64,000 nt of DNA from Thermoplasmatota archaeon (GCA_038884455.1 JAWABU010000003.1:1969-65968), one strand, 5' to 3'. Shown: positions 30,337-40,338, numbered from the stretch's first letter. Notes: generated by a model from the sequence alone, not told the origin. Translations and numbers: made by a program.

Positions 30337-31920
30337 TTACATCCCTCCTAAAACAGTGGTGATATATTGTGTATGATTGAGGAGTGCATGTGCTGCTGGT
30401 TGAATGATCGTCTCTAAAAAAAACTCAGGGAATACACCAATGAAAATAATCAGTCCTGCAAAGAAACCCATGGCAACAAGCATGCTTTTTGGTACTTCTC
30501 TGAGGACCTCATGGGTCTGCGGTTTTGGTCCCATGAACACTGCATAAAAAACTTTGACGAACACTGCCAGCAATAAAATACTGAAGAGGATCTCAATAAT
30601 CGCAAGGATAGGATTCAGTTGAAATGTTGATTCATACAACATGAGTTTTGAGTCAAATCCGTTGAAGGGAGGCATTCCAGAAACTGCAAATAATCCAATT
30701 ATAAAAAACACCGTTGAAAATTTCATATGATGGGCAAGACCCTGCAGGTCATCTAACGTTCTTTTTTTGGTAACATAGTAAATTGCACCTGCAACTAAAA
30801 AGAGCAGACCAATATCAAGGATATCATTGAATATATGAAAGATACTCCCTTGTAAAGCAACAACACTATATGCTGGATAACTTATGTTGTTTGCTGTATC
30901 GATGGTTGCTGATGCAAGGCGTACCCCAACGCCGATGAAAATGTATCCGATTTCTCCAACAGCAGCAAAAGCAATCAGCCGCATAAGATCACGTTGACGC
31001 AATGCCATGAAGATCCCAAGAATTATTGTTATTACAGCAAGTGCAATGATAAACCAGCCTACGATAATCGATGTCTGCGGTGTAATGGTTGTAAAAACAC
31101 TACCATACAGAGTAAAACAAATTCGTAAAACACCATAGACACTTGCCATGGTTGCTCCCATAATGACGATGGTAATTGAAGGAGGTGCCTCTCCGTAGGA
31201 ATCAGGAAGCCAGAGATGCAACGGAGCAAGCCCTGCTTTTAATGCAAGCGCGCCGAGGAACAACACCAAGGTAATTTTATCAAGATATGTATACTGCAGG
31301 AGGTTTGCTAAGGTTGCAATATTTAATGCATTATACTGCGCATATAAAAGACCTATTGCAAATAAAACAAACAATGCGGCAATCGAACTCACAACAATGT
31401 ATTTGAATGCTGCTTCAAACACTTCAGCACGGTGCACCCAGAATGCAATCAGAGCACATGATGCGATACAAGATATTTCAAGAAATACAAAGAAATTAAA
31501 CAAATCGCCGGTCAGAACCATGCCAAGAATACTAGTCAGCAGTAATAAAAGCAGCGTGTAATATTTATCAAGTCCGTCTTGATTTTTCATAAAACTGAGC
31601 GAATAGATACTGCCAACAAATGCAAGGAGCAACGCAATTGACGCAAAAAGTATGCTGAATGCGTCAACTTCAAAAAGGATACGTACTACCGGAAGTACTA
31701 GGTTTGAATCACCGAAAATATAGATGCGTGGTCCATGGACGAGCACGTCAAAACCAAGAATTCCAAAAACAACACTGGTAACTACTATCATAACAACAAC
31801 GAATATATTTCGAGCTTTGTCTCCAATTCTGCTGACAAGCGGGGTGAGAAACGCAGCAAGGAGCGGTGTTGCAACGACCAGTGCAGGTGAATGAACAAGG
31901 AGGTTGTCGAACCAGTTCAT
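30337..31920 (-). CDS. mbhH: MrpD/NuoL-like antiporter subunit (MbhH-like), 527 aa.
   Basis: About 14 TM helices. The length and pattern fit the complex I antiporter-like subunit family. Confidence 0.75.
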   Translation of the reverse strand: MNWFDNLLVHSPALVVATPLLAAFLTPLVSRIGDKARNIFVVVMIVVTSVVFGILGFDVLVHGPRIYIFGDSNLVLPVVRILFEVDAFSILFASIALLLAFVGSIYSLSFMKNQDGLDKYYTLLLLLLTSILGMVLTGDLFNFFVFLEISCIASCALIAFWVHRAEVFEAAFKYIVVSSIAALFVLFAIGLLYAQYNALNIATLANLLQYTYLDKITLVLFLGALALKAGLAPLHLWLPDSYGEAPPSITIVIMGATMASVYGVLRICFTLYGSVFTTITPQTSIIVGWFIIALAVITIILGIFMALRQRDLMRLIAFAAVGEIGYIFIGVGVRLASATIDTANNISYPAYSVVALQGSIFHIFNDILDIGLLFLVAGAIYYVTKKRTLDDLQGLAHHMKFSTVFFIIGLFAVSGMPPFNGFDSKLMLYESTFQLNPILAIIEILFSILLLAVFVKVFYAVFMGPKPQTHEVLREVPKSMLVAMGFFAGLIIFIGVFPEFFLETIIQPAAHALLNHTQYITTVLGGM

Positions 31921-32291
31921 TCTTTTAACCTCCGTATTTTTGAAACATCAAGTGAACCATACTGTTTATAGATGTGCATCACCAACGACAGCATCAGTGC
32001 AAGCACAGCAACTCCGATAACAATACTGGTTAGGGTAAGTGCCTGAGGAACAGGAAACACCATGCTTGATGGGACGTTGCGGATAACCTCTGAAGGTGCG
32101 CTGGTGTAAATCGGGGCAACACCTCCTTCTCGATACCCAAGTGTTATGAGGAACAGGTTAACACCGCTTTCAATAATTGTAATTCCAATGACAATTTTGA
32201 TGAGATTTTTCCGAAATATTACTGCATATAAACCGATGATAATGATAATAACAACTGCAATAAAAGGAAAATTCATCATCATTGCTTCCAC
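31917..32291 (-). CDS. MrpC/NuoK-like subunit (MbhG-like).
   Basis: It contains GITIIESGVNLFLITLGYREGG, which is NuoK/MnhC-like. Confidence 0.6.
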   Translation of the reverse strand: MEAMMMNFPFIAVVIIIIIGLYAVIFRKNLIKIVIGITIIESGVNLFLITLGYREGGVAPIYTSAPSEVIRNVPSSMVFPVPQALTLTSIVIGVAVLALMLSLVMHIYKQYGSLDVSKIRRLKE

Positions 32292-32755
32292 CTCTTACTA
32301 TTACTGACAAACGCCATGATAAGAATGATAATGAATAATCCTGCAATGACTTTGACACCGACCGCGAAGTTCATCAGGGGAAGTACACCACCGGTATTGA
32401 AATCAGCAGCAGTATCTTGATATGGGGGGATAGTTCCAAAAAGACTATCTGTTCCAACTATAAAATTATTAAAAAACATACCGCCAACGCCAAGACCAAG
32501 AAATGCAACGAGAATAAAACCGAACGCACCGAGGCTTTCAAACAGGGATAATTTTTTTTCACTGATGTGTTTAAACACCCAGGTTGATCCATAGGCGACC
32601 AGCAGCAATGCACATCCCGAAGCGACGATAGCACCACCTTGGAAACCACCTCCCGGGGTGAGATGACCATGCGCAATCACATATAACCCAAATATCATGA
32701 TCAGAGGAAATAATACGTTTGAAACAGTTTTCACGATTTTTGACATTTCACTCAT
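32279..32755 (-). CDS. MrpB-like subunit (MbhF-like).
   Basis: It has the MnhB motif [13 protein letters not shown]. The start codon is MSEMSKIV, preceded by GGAGGAG (the track ORF extends further upstream). Confidence 0.6.
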   Translation of the reverse strand: MSEMSKIVKTVSNVLFPLIMIFGLYVIAHGHLTPGGGFQGGAIVASGCALLLVAYGSTWVFKHISEKKLSLFESLGAFGFILVAFLGLGVGGMFFNNFIVGTDSLFGTIPPYQDTAADFNTGGVLPLMNFAVGVKVIAGLFIIILIMAFVSNSKRWKQ

Positions 32756-33023
32756 GTTTTCTCCTCCTGAATAACATGATGACTGCAGCAACAGCGGTGA
32801 AAAGAATAGTTGCTTCACCTAAGGTATCAAATCCTCGGTAGTCGAATACAATAGCAGTTACACCGTTATTTGTCCCAGTTTGTTGTTGTGTATTTTGAAT
32901 CATATAATCATCCATTGATGTTTCATTCGGCTCCCCAAAAGGATGGATGATGAGTGTACCAACAACAAGAAAAACAGTAATCACCGCAAGTGTACATGAT
33001 GCAGCAATGATTCTTTTTTCCAT
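32748..33023 (-). CDS. MrpB-domain fragment subunit (MbhE-like).
   Basis: It has the MnhB-family motif [24 protein letters not shown]. Confidence 0.5.
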   Translation of the reverse strand: MEKRIIAASCTLAVITVFLVVGTLIIHPFGEPNETSMDDYMIQNTQQQTGTNNGVTAIVFDYRGFDTLGEATILFTAVAAVIMLFRRRKHE

Positions 33024-33029
33024 ACTGTG

Positions 33030-33278
33030 TTATTCCTCCTCCATTCGTTTTGTTGATTTAATTGCAACAACAAGAATCGCTGTAGACAGACAGGCGCCAA
33101 CACCAGCTTGAGCAATTGCAACATCTGGTGCTTGGAGTAAGTAAAATTCAAGTGAGAGAAGGAGACTCATAGCACCTAATGCGAGTGCTGCTGCGATGAG
33201 ATCTTTGAGAAACACTGCAAAACCACAGGAAATAATGATTAAAAATATGATGAGTAGATTGAGCAGTTCAAACCACAT
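33030..33278 (-). CDS. MbhD-like small membrane subunit.
   Basis: An 82-aa two-helix protein containing APDVAIAQAGVGA. Confidence 0.45.
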   Translation of the reverse strand: MWFELLNLLIIFLIIISCGFAVFLKDLIAAALALGAMSLLLSLEFYLLQAPDVAIAQAGVGACLSTAILVVAIKSTKRMEEE

Positions 33279-33705
33279 CGTTATCCTCCTCAGAAGATGT
33301 TGTATTTTGTTTCTGTTTTTTTTTCTTTACGTGTTGTTTTTTTGGCGGTTTTTCTTCCTTTAGATGGTCTACCACCGCTTGTGCTGGTTCGACTCCAGTC
33401 CGATGTGCTGCACGTGCAATTGCGTGGGCACCAACAGGATTTGTTAGAAGTATTGCTAGGAGTGCAACTGCAGCATGAATTGACAGAACTGACCCGTTCA
33501 CATCATGGTTCCACCACATTTTCAAACCAAAGAGGATCACAGAACCGATTAAAAATATTGATCCGAACGTAGTGCATTTTGTTCCTGCATGTAATCTTGT
33601 ATATACATCAGGAAAACGAAGTAATCCGATACCTGCAAGTAGATTAAAAAAAACTCCAACGCCTAGCATGAGGTAGATAAGGGCATCAAAGATGCTGCTG
33701 AGCAT
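33268..33705 (-). CDS. MrpG/MnhG-like subunit (MbhC-like).
   Basis: It has the MnhG motif GLLRFPDVYTRLHAGTK. Confidence 0.65.
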   Translation of the reverse strand: MLSSIFDALIYLMLGVGVFFNLLAGIGLLRFPDVYTRLHAGTKCTTFGSIFLIGSVILFGLKMWWNHDVNGSVLSIHAAVALLAILLTNPVGAHAIARAAHRTGVEPAQAVVDHLKEEKPPKKQHVKKKKQKQNTTSSEEDNDVV

Positions 33706-33975
33706 TTAGAATTCACCTCCCTCAAGATATTTTGCGATGAACAGTGTTGCGATAAATGAGAGAAACGCGTAGACGATTGCCACGTCGATGTAAATTACTT
33801 CTTGGTATGCAGCTCCAAAAAGTACCATGGCGACGATCACAATAGTATTGATGGTATCAACACCGACAACTCGATCTGGTGTCGTTGGTCCTCGGAATAC
33901 GCGAATAATCGCCATGATGATACTAAGGGTTAAAACAGTGATAACTAGTAGGAGTGTGGTGAACCATTCAGTCAT
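33706..33975 (-). CDS. MrpF/MnhF-like subunit (MbhB-like).
   Basis: It has the MnhF motif RVFRGPTTPDRVVGVDTINTIVI. Confidence 0.6.
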   Translation of the reverse strand: MTEWFTTLLLVITVLTLSIIMAIIRVFRGPTTPDRVVGVDTINTIVIVAMVLFGAAYQEVIYIDVAIVYAFLSFIATLFIAKYLEGGEF

Positions 33976-34580
33976 TCAGCAATCCTCCGTATCCACGTAG
34001 GAAACTTCCCGCATATCTTTTGGTAGGGTACAGGTTTTTGTTTGATGCTGTCTTCATCAACGTTAATCCAATGAATGTAGAGAGTATTTTGTTCTTCGTC
34101 GATGTCGACACTCAATGTTCCTGGGGTGAGGGTGATTGAGTTTGCAAGCATAGTTATTCCAAGGTCGGTATGAAGGTCTGGTGAGATTTTTACAATACCT
34201 GGTTTTATTTTTCCTGTGATGACTCGATACGCGACATCAAGGTTTGCTTTTATGAGTGCGATGAAAAAAGGACCAATGATATACCCTATGAAAATGAACC
34301 ATCGAATAGGATTAAGCATTCGGAAGTTGTTTTTGATAAATATATTTCGTGCTATGATACCAACGATTACTGCAAGGATGCTTCCAAAGAATAGTTCGAT
34401 CCAACTCCACAATCCAAGAATCTCACTTCCGCTCCCTGTTGTAAGACCAAGGTAGAATATCAGAGCGATGATTGTCGTTACGATGAATCCTTGAAGGTTC
34501 ATTGATGCCCTCTTTGAAGTTTTTTCAAGGGGTGCATCATGGTTTATTTGATCATTATTATTTTTGTTCATAGTGTTCAC
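33972..34580 (-). CDS. MrpE/MnhE-like subunit (MbhA-like).
   Basis: The position and size fit, and it has two N-terminal TM helices. Confidence 0.5.
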   Translation of the reverse strand: MNTMNKNNNDQINHDAPLEKTSKRASMNLQGFIVTTIIALIFYLGLTTGSGSEILGLWSWIELFFGSILAVIVGIIARNIFIKNNFRMLNPIRWFIFIGYIIGPFFIALIKANLDVAYRVITGKIKPGIVKISPDLHTDLGITMLANSITLTPGTLSVDIDEEQNTLYIHWINVDEDSIKQKPVPYQKICGKFPTWIRRIAE

Positions 34581-34586
34581 TTTTTT

Positions 34587-34988
34587 TTATTCAACGATTA
34601 ATGTTTTTGAATATTTATCAGTATCTGCAAGGAGAAATTCAGTACTCATCGTCAAACAATGCACAGGGCAAATATCATTGCATTGCGCACAAAAAGTACA
34701 GCGGGCAAGATAGATTTTTATCTTTTTTTCTTCTGGTTTAAATTCAATTGCTTCTGAGGGACAGACTTTTAAACAGAGTTGGCATCCGATGCATTTTTCT
34801 TTTTCGTAGACGATTTTCCCTCTGAATTTTTCAGGTGTTGATATCGCTGGATGTATCTGTGTTTTTCCAGCAGAAACCTGGTTGAAAAATCGTGTTGTTG
34901 AGGCAGGTACATATTTTCGAGGAAACTTATTGGTAAAAGGTTTTTTGAACATTTGAAGAAAAACTTGAGGAAGCATGGTGAATCTCAT
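34587..34988 (-). CDS. mbhN: 2x[4Fe-4S] ferredoxin subunit (NuoI/MbhN-like).
   Basis: Two CxxCxxCxxxCP motifs are present: CIGCQLCLKVCP and CTFCAQCNDICP. Confidence 0.7.
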   Translation of the reverse strand: MRFTMLPQVFLQMFKKPFTNKFPRKYVPASTTRFFNQVSAGKTQIHPAISTPEKFRGKIVYEKEKCIGCQLCLKVCPSEAIEFKPEEKKIKIYLARCTFCAQCNDICPVHCLTMSTEFLLADTDKYSKTLIVE

Positions 34989-36214
34989 GTCATAAACCTC
35001 CGTGTTTTTTCTACACTCATGTTGTGGAGTTGTTGTTTATCAAGTTCATATTGTTTTTTCTGATGTACGATCGCAACTCGATTCGTACACGACATACACG
35101 GATCAGTTGAAGCAGCAATAATCGGAATATCTGCGATCTGCGATCCTTTCAGCATCGGTATCCATGGGAGAATATTTGCATAGGTTGGTGCACGAACCTT
35201 CCAGCAATATGGTGATTCGTTTTCCCTCATTTTTACATAATGGAAAACCTCACCGCGGGGTGCTTCCATGCGGCCAAGACCTTCGCTGTTTACTTTTTTA
35301 AGATTCGCTAAAAGTTTTACCAGTTTTGATTCAGCAACTATATCACCGGCAGGCATGCGATCAAGACATTGCTCGATGAGTTCGACAGATTGTTTCACTT
35401 CAAGTAATCGGACGATAATCCGATCATACACATCTCCATTAATTTCTCCTGTTACTATATCGGGTGTGATATAATCAAAATCAAGATCTGTGTACGCGAA
35501 GTAGCCTTGATCAAGTCGGACGTCTTTTTTCACACCAGATGCTCGTGTCGTTGGACCGACAGCATTCAGTTTTACCGCTTCCTCTTTTGTTAAAACGCCA
35601 ACGTCTTGACATCGCAGTTTGAATGTTTTATCATCAAGAAAAATATGGCTAAGTTTTTCGAAATTTTTTTTGTAGTATTCAAGCGTCTTACGAATAGCCG
35701 GGATCATATCAGATGTGATATCACGACGTACACCACCAATCATGGTGATCCCTTTGGTAACTCGATTACCTGTTAGATATTCAGTGAGGTCTAATCCTTT
35801 TTCTCGCATTTCCCAGGTGAGAAAGAGAACCGAATCGAACCCAATTTCATGCGCAGCAACCCCTGCCCAAAGGATGTGAGAACAGATACGTTCGAGTTCA
35901 CCGTGGATAATCCTGAGATATTGCGCTCGTTCTGGGACTTGAATCTTTGCAGCACGTTCAACAGCAAGTGCAAATGCCATCGGATGACAATATGAACAGA
36001 TACCACAAATTCGTTCAGCAAGGTATAGAATCTGAAGAGGATTTCGTTGTGTTGCTGCCCATTCGATTCCCCGGTGAACATGACCAAGCCGCACTGCAAC
36101 ATCAATAATTTTTTCTCCTTCAATTTCAAACTCAAACAGTACTGGTTCTTTGAGGGCGGGATGGATTGGACCGATCGGTAATTGATAGGTAGTTTTGGTT
36201 TTTGCCGTAGTCAT
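34985..36214 (-). CDS. mbhL: Group 4 [NiFe] hydrogenase large subunit (MbhL/EchE-like), 409 aa.
   Basis: The N-terminal motif is RICGICSYCH (RxCGxCxxxH). The C-terminal motif is DPCMSCTNR (DPCxxCxxR), followed by a ~29-aa tail. Both NiFe-ligating Cys pairs are intact. NuoD and FpoD lack them. Confidence 0.8.
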   Translation of the reverse strand: MTTAKTKTTYQLPIGPIHPALKEPVLFEFEIEGEKIIDVAVRLGHVHRGIEWAATQRNPLQILYLAERICGICSYCHPMAFALAVERAAKIQVPERAQYLRIIHGELERICSHILWAGVAAHEIGFDSVLFLTWEMREKGLDLTEYLTGNRVTKGITMIGGVRRDITSDMIPAIRKTLEYYKKNFEKLSHIFLDDKTFKLRCQDVGVLTKEEAVKLNAVGPTTRASGVKKDVRLDQGYFAYTDLDFDYITPDIVTGEINGDVYDRIIVRLLEVKQSVELIEQCLDRMPAGDIVAESKLVKLLANLKKVNSEGLGRMEAPRGEVFHYVKMRENESPYCWKVRAPTYANILPWIPMLKGSQIADIPIIAASTDPCMSCTNRVAIVHQKKQYELDKQQLHNMSVEKTRRFMT

Positions 36215-36747
36215 GGTTTTTTCACCTCATGGAGGTTCCTGATATGGCGCTGAGGACCGGTTTCATCACGTCTCCAGGGATACACATCTTTGGGAAAATC
36301 ATCAGAGATGAAAACTCGTGTATTTACTGGGATGCCGATGATGGTAACTCCAAGCATTTCTTGTTTTTCTTGTTCTGAAATTAATGCTCCAGGAAATAGA
36401 TCAGTAATAGTTTCAAGTGAAGGATCTGACTTTTGTAAGGGAACTATAAAATTGATTGATATCTCTTGTTCACGATGACCCTGAAACAGTGAGAAATGAT
36501 AGACAAGTTCGATGGTTTCACCAAGATCATATCCAGAGGCTACGGTAAAATGCGGTTCAGGGGTGAAGGTAAACAGATGACGGATACAATCTTTAAATAT
36601 CTCTTTTGTGATACGAATCCACAGATGGCGTATCTCTGTCTTTTTTATACCCGTTGTAAATGTTTCCAGGCGGGTCTCTTCAAGGCCTTTTTGAAACTGG
36701 GTTTTATACGAGGTAAGTATCTCTTCTGCGGTGAGAATAGCATTCAT
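36211..36747 (-). CDS. mbhK: NuoC-like subunit (MbhK-like).
   Basis: The size and position match, between the small and large subunits. Confidence 0.6.
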   Translation of the reverse strand: MNAILTAEEILTSYKTQFQKGLEETRLETFTTGIKKTEIRHLWIRITKEIFKDCIRHLFTFTPEPHFTVASGYDLGETIELVYHFSLFQGHREQEISINFIVPLQKSDPSLETITDLFPGALISEQEKQEMLGVTIIGIPVNTRVFISDDFPKDVYPWRRDETGPQRHIRNLHEVKKP

Positions 36748-37181
36748 TTGTGTCCCTCTGCGGTTTCAAGTTTCATCCAAGCTTGTGCTACTCCATTGAT
36801 GATATTTTCCGGTCGAGGTGGACAGCCAACAACGTAGACATCAACAGGAAGGATGTTGTCTATTGGGCCGACAAGATTGTATGATTCATAAAAGACATCA
36901 CCGGTATTGCCGCAATTTCCGACACAGATGACTGCTTTGGGATCAGGCATTTGTGCGTAAACTCGTTTTACTTTTTCTGCCAGTTGTCGTGTCACCGGAC
37001 CGGTAATGAGAAGAACATCAGCGTGACGTGGTGTTCCAACAAGGCGAATTCCAAATCGTTCAACGTCATACCGTGGGCATAGGGCTGCGATGATCTCGAT
37101 ATCACAGCCGTTACATGAACCTGAATTGCAATGATACACCCATAAAGCTTTTTTAAATGCCTTTGGTAGTTTTTTAACCAT
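36744..37181 (-). CDS. mbhJ: Hydrogenase small subunit, NuoB-like (MbhJ-like).
   Basis: It has CPRYDVERFGIRLVGTPRHADVLLITGPVTRQ. The [4Fe-4S] cysteines are CNGCD, CP and GNCG. Confidence 0.7.
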   Translation of the reverse strand: MVKKLPKAFKKALWVYHCNSGSCNGCDIEIIAALCPRYDVERFGIRLVGTPRHADVLLITGPVTRQLAEKVKRVYAQMPDPKAVICVGNCGNTGDVFYESYNLVGPIDNILPVDVYVVGCPPRPENIINGVAQAWMKLETAEGHK

Positions 37182-37415
37182 TTTGTACCCTCAAATCCTA
37201 ACTGGGTATTCCTCAAAACTATTAGAAAGTTACGGTTTCTCTCTGTATCTTTATCTCTGGGGAATATGAGGTTTTGTTCATGAGATGTTATGCACATCTT
37301 TTTTGTTGTATGTGATAAAGTTATACAGATTTTTTATTAAAGTTTACTAAAATAGATGTATATGTACTGGTTTCAAACTCGTTTTTTTTAGGTACAAATG
37401 CTAATATAGTATTTT
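37182..37415. promoter_or_regulatory. Divergent AT-rich promoter region of 234 nt between the Mbh hydrogenase operon (leftward) and the A-type ATP synthase operon (rightward). It contains several TATA-like elements.
   Basis: The two operons start back to back. The region contains TTTTATTAAAGTTTACTAAAATAGA and TTTATACAGATTTTTTATTAAA. Confidence 0.5.
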
Positions 37416-37745
37416 TTGATACCGGTTATCATCATGATTTCAATTGATGATATCAAACAAGCAGAGCTTGATGCACAACAAGCAATTGAACAGGCGAAAA
37501 AAGATGCAGAAAAGCTACTTGAAAAAACAAAGAAAACTGGTGAAAAAGAAAGAAAGAAACTCATTGATTCTGCTCATGATGAACTTCAAAAATTAGCTGA
37601 ATCATCTGAAAAAAACATAAAAAAAACCATCGAAAAAATGCGGCAAGAGACACAAAAAGACATCATCCGACTACAGCAAAAAGCGCAGGAAAACATCAAC
37701 AACGGTGTCGAATACATTATTACGCAGGTTATACAGGAGGGGTAA
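37416..37745 (+). CDS. atpH: A-type ATP synthase subunit H.
   Basis: A small charged coiled-coil protein in first position of the aha operon. Confidence 0.55.
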   Translation: MIPVIIMISIDDIKQAELDAQQAIEQAKKDAEKLLEKTKKTGEKERKKLIDSAHDELQKLAESSEKNIKKTIEKMRQETQKDIIRLQQKAQENINNGVEYIITQVIQEG

Positions 37746-37766
37746 TCTATTCTCTTCCCAGCACCT

Positions 37767-39728
37767 ATGAAAAAAGTATCAATCGCGGTATACCAAGATT
37801 ATATTGCAGATGTTATCAGAAAAATCTATGAAGCAGGATATCTTGAAATTATCGATATATCTCGTGATGAAACAAAAGGTTCTCAGGAAGTTTTAGATGC
37901 TAAACTATCTCAGGATATTTCACGATGTACTGAGTATGAACTTCGATTATCTCGACTGATTACTCTTTTCCAGAAATATCAAAAAAAATCAAAAGGGATT
38001 CGAAGCCTTTTTACTATCCAACAACCCCCCATTCAGACCGTTCAGGATCGTTCGTTGTCTGAAATCTATGTTGATGTCGATACAATTTTGAAGAAAATCG
38101 AGAATCATCTTCTTGAAACTGATAAACGAATTGGAGTCCTCTCAGAGGAATATCAAAAGGTTTTAACGAGTCTTGAACAAGTCAAATTGTTGCGTTTTTT
38201 GGATTTTGATCTCTCACATGTAGGTCAGTCATCTCATCTTTTTATTGTTGCAGGGATGACAACTCAGTTTCAACAACTCGAAGAACAACTGAAAAATTTT
38301 GAATTTGTTGAACTTTTTTCCCATCAAGTAAAAACTGGGAAGAAAACCACATGGGTTGTCGTTTGTGTGGTTCATCGTTCAGAGCAAGAAAAATTCGAAA
38401 AAGTCGTTCGTGATAAGATCACGTTTTTTGATCTCACCTCAGTATCCGGTTCCCCAAAAGATGCTCAGTCTTTTCTAGAGAAAGAAAAAAAAAGGATTGA
38501 AGAAGAACAACAATCACTCTGTTCATTCTTTGAGAAATATCGAGATACCTATCTATCTGATCTTTATGTTCTTCGAGAGGAGTTGCAGCTTGAACGAATT
38601 CAAATAGAAATTAAGAAAAATTTTTCAAAAACAAAAACAACGTATGTTATTCAAGGATGGGTGATAGAAAAAAATCAAGAAAAACTCCAGGAGTTAGTAT
38701 CAGAAACTTCGCAAGGATATTTTGATTTTTCAACAGATGAACCTTCGATGGATCAAGATGCTCCTCCAACGTATCTTGAGACACCACGTTGGGCACAATC
38801 TTTTCAAATGTTTCTTGAACTTTTTGCAACACCAAAATACAATGAATTAAATCCAACGATTTTTATGGGATTGTTTTTAGTGATTTTCTTTGGATTTATG
38901 CTCGGGGATGCTGGATATGGCTTAGTCATCTTGTTATTGTCACTTTTCGGTTTTATGAAATTTGGTAAACAGAGTTCTTTAATACGGCAATGGTCATTTC
39001 TCGGTTTACTACTTGGTGTTTCAACAATTATTGTTGGTTTACTTACGAATAGTTTTTTTGGCGATTTTATTCCTCGCTTTATCTATCACGATCCTTCGAA
39101 ACCATTATACAGTCTTCCAGCTTTTGGTCTCCCCTTAGAACCTCTTCGAGACCCTCTAACCATCCTAACGATTGCGCTCATCTTTGGTTTAATTCATCTG
39201 AATGTTGGAATACTGCTTGGTATACTCCAGGCAGTACACCATAAAAACTATAGAGAAATGTTGACCCGTCATATCCCTTGGATTCCTCTGCAACTCGGTG
39301 GAGGAATACTCATTGGTAACTTCATCCTTGGCTGGACGATTGATACGTCTGTCTTATTCAGTGCGATTCTATTGACAATAGGTGGTTTGCTCCTCTTATT
39401 TATTCACGATGGACCGCTTGGTTTTTTTGGAATTACCGGGTATGTTGGTGATTGGTTATCCTACGCACGGCTTCTTGCGTTAGGACTTGCAACGTCAGGT
39501 ATGGCTCTTGCGTTTAATGTGATTGGAGAACTTGCAGGAATCATCCTCATGCCGATTATTCTGGTACTTGCGCATACTGCAAATGTCATTATTCAGGCTC
39601 TTGGAGCTGGTGTGCATGCATTGCGGCTCCAGTATGTAGAATTTTTTAATCGATTCTACGAAGGAGGCGGACGAACGTTCACGCCTTTTAAAATAAAAAG
39701 AACATATACAAAAATTGAGGAAAAATAA
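37767..39728 (+). CDS. atpI: A-type ATP synthase subunit I (a-subunit-like), 653 aa.
   Basis: It has a hydrophilic N-terminal half and a C-terminal membrane domain of about 7 TM helices. Size and position fit. Confidence 0.8.
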   Translation: MKKVSIAVYQDYIADVIRKIYEAGYLEIIDISRDETKGSQEVLDAKLSQDISRCTEYELRLSRLITLFQKYQKKSKGIRSLFTIQQPPIQTVQDRSLSEIYVDVDTILKKIENHLLETDKRIGVLSEEYQKVLTSLEQVKLLRFLDFDLSHVGQSSHLFIVAGMTTQFQQLEEQLKNFEFVELFSHQVKTGKKTTWVVVCVVHRSEQEKFEKVVRDKITFFDLTSVSGSPKDAQSFLEKEKKRIEEEQQSLCSFFEKYRDTYLSDLYVLREELQLERIQIEIKKNFSKTKTTYVIQGWVIEKNQEKLQELVSETSQGYFDFSTDEPSMDQDAPPTYLETPRWAQSFQMFLELFATPKYNELNPTIFMGLFLVIFFGFMLGDAGYGLVILLLSLFGFMKFGKQSSLIRQWSFLGLLLGVSTIIVGLLTNSFFGDFIPRFIYHDPSKPLYSLPAFGLPLEPLRDPLTILTIALIFGLIHLNVGILLGILQAVHHKNYREMLTRHIPWIPLQLGGGILIGNFILGWTIDTSVLFSAILLTIGGLLLLFIHDGPLGFFGITGYVGDWLSYARLLALGLATSGMALAFNVIGELAGIILMPIILVLAHTANVIIQALGAGVHALRLQYVEFFNRFYEGGGRTFTPFKIKRTYTKIEEK

Positions 39729-39753
39729 AAAATGGTTCTGGAGGAAGAAACAT

Positions 39754-40314
39754 ATGAAGATAAAAAAAAGAACAGTTTTTGCAATTCTCCTGTTGATTGC
39801 AGTGATTGTATCGACAGGATTAGCAAGTGCACAAGAAGTTGAAGAAGATCAAACACCCCTTGTTATTCTTGGGTGTGCATTGGCAATTAGTATCGCAGGA
39901 ATATCATCAGCGATTGGGCTTGCTCTTGCAGGTTCATCTGCGGTTGCGGTTACGGCAGAAAAACCACAGTTATTTGGAAAACTCTTAGTTCTCCAAGTGT
40001 TACCGATGACTCAATCAGTCTATGGTCTCCTGACTGCGATTCTTCTCATGCTTGGTGTTGGTCTTTTAGGAGGGACACCTTCAGCGTCACTTTTGCAAGG
40101 AATGGGTGCTGTGTGGATTGGGTTGATCGTAGGGTTAACTGGTACCTCAGCGATTAATCAAGGAATGGTTGCATCCTCATCGATCAGTGCTGTCGGAAGA
40201 AACCCTGATGTTGCAGCTCGAGGCATTATCTTTACGGTTATGACGGAAACAATAGCAATTTTTGGCCTTCTTGCTGCGATTCTCCTTATGGTTGGGTTAA
40301 AATTCCTAGGTTAA
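39754..40314 (+). CDS. atpK: A-type ATP synthase proteolipid subunit K (c subunit). It is a duplicated hairpin with 4 TM helices and an N-terminal signal-like extension.
   Basis: The ATG at 39754 follows GGAGG (the track ORF starts at an upstream TTG). The second hairpin keeps the ion-binding MTETIAIFGL motif. The first hairpin has Q in its place (PMTQSVYGLL). Confidence 0.8.
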   Translation: MKIKKRTVFAILLLIAVIVSTGLASAQEVEEDQTPLVILGCALAISIAGISSAIGLALAGSSAVAVTAEKPQLFGKLLVLQVLPMTQSVYGLLTAILLMLGVGLLGGTPSASLLQGMGAVWIGLIVGLTGTSAINQGMVASSSISAVGRNPDVAARGIIFTVMTETIAIFGLLAAILLMVGLKFLG

Positions 40315-40338
40315 ACAAAAATTCAATGTGACGTTGCT

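Noticed and set aside
36496-36837. A 113-aa plus-strand ORF overlapping mbhK and mbhJ.
   Set aside because: It is antisense to two well-supported hydrogenase subunit genes and has no features of its own.
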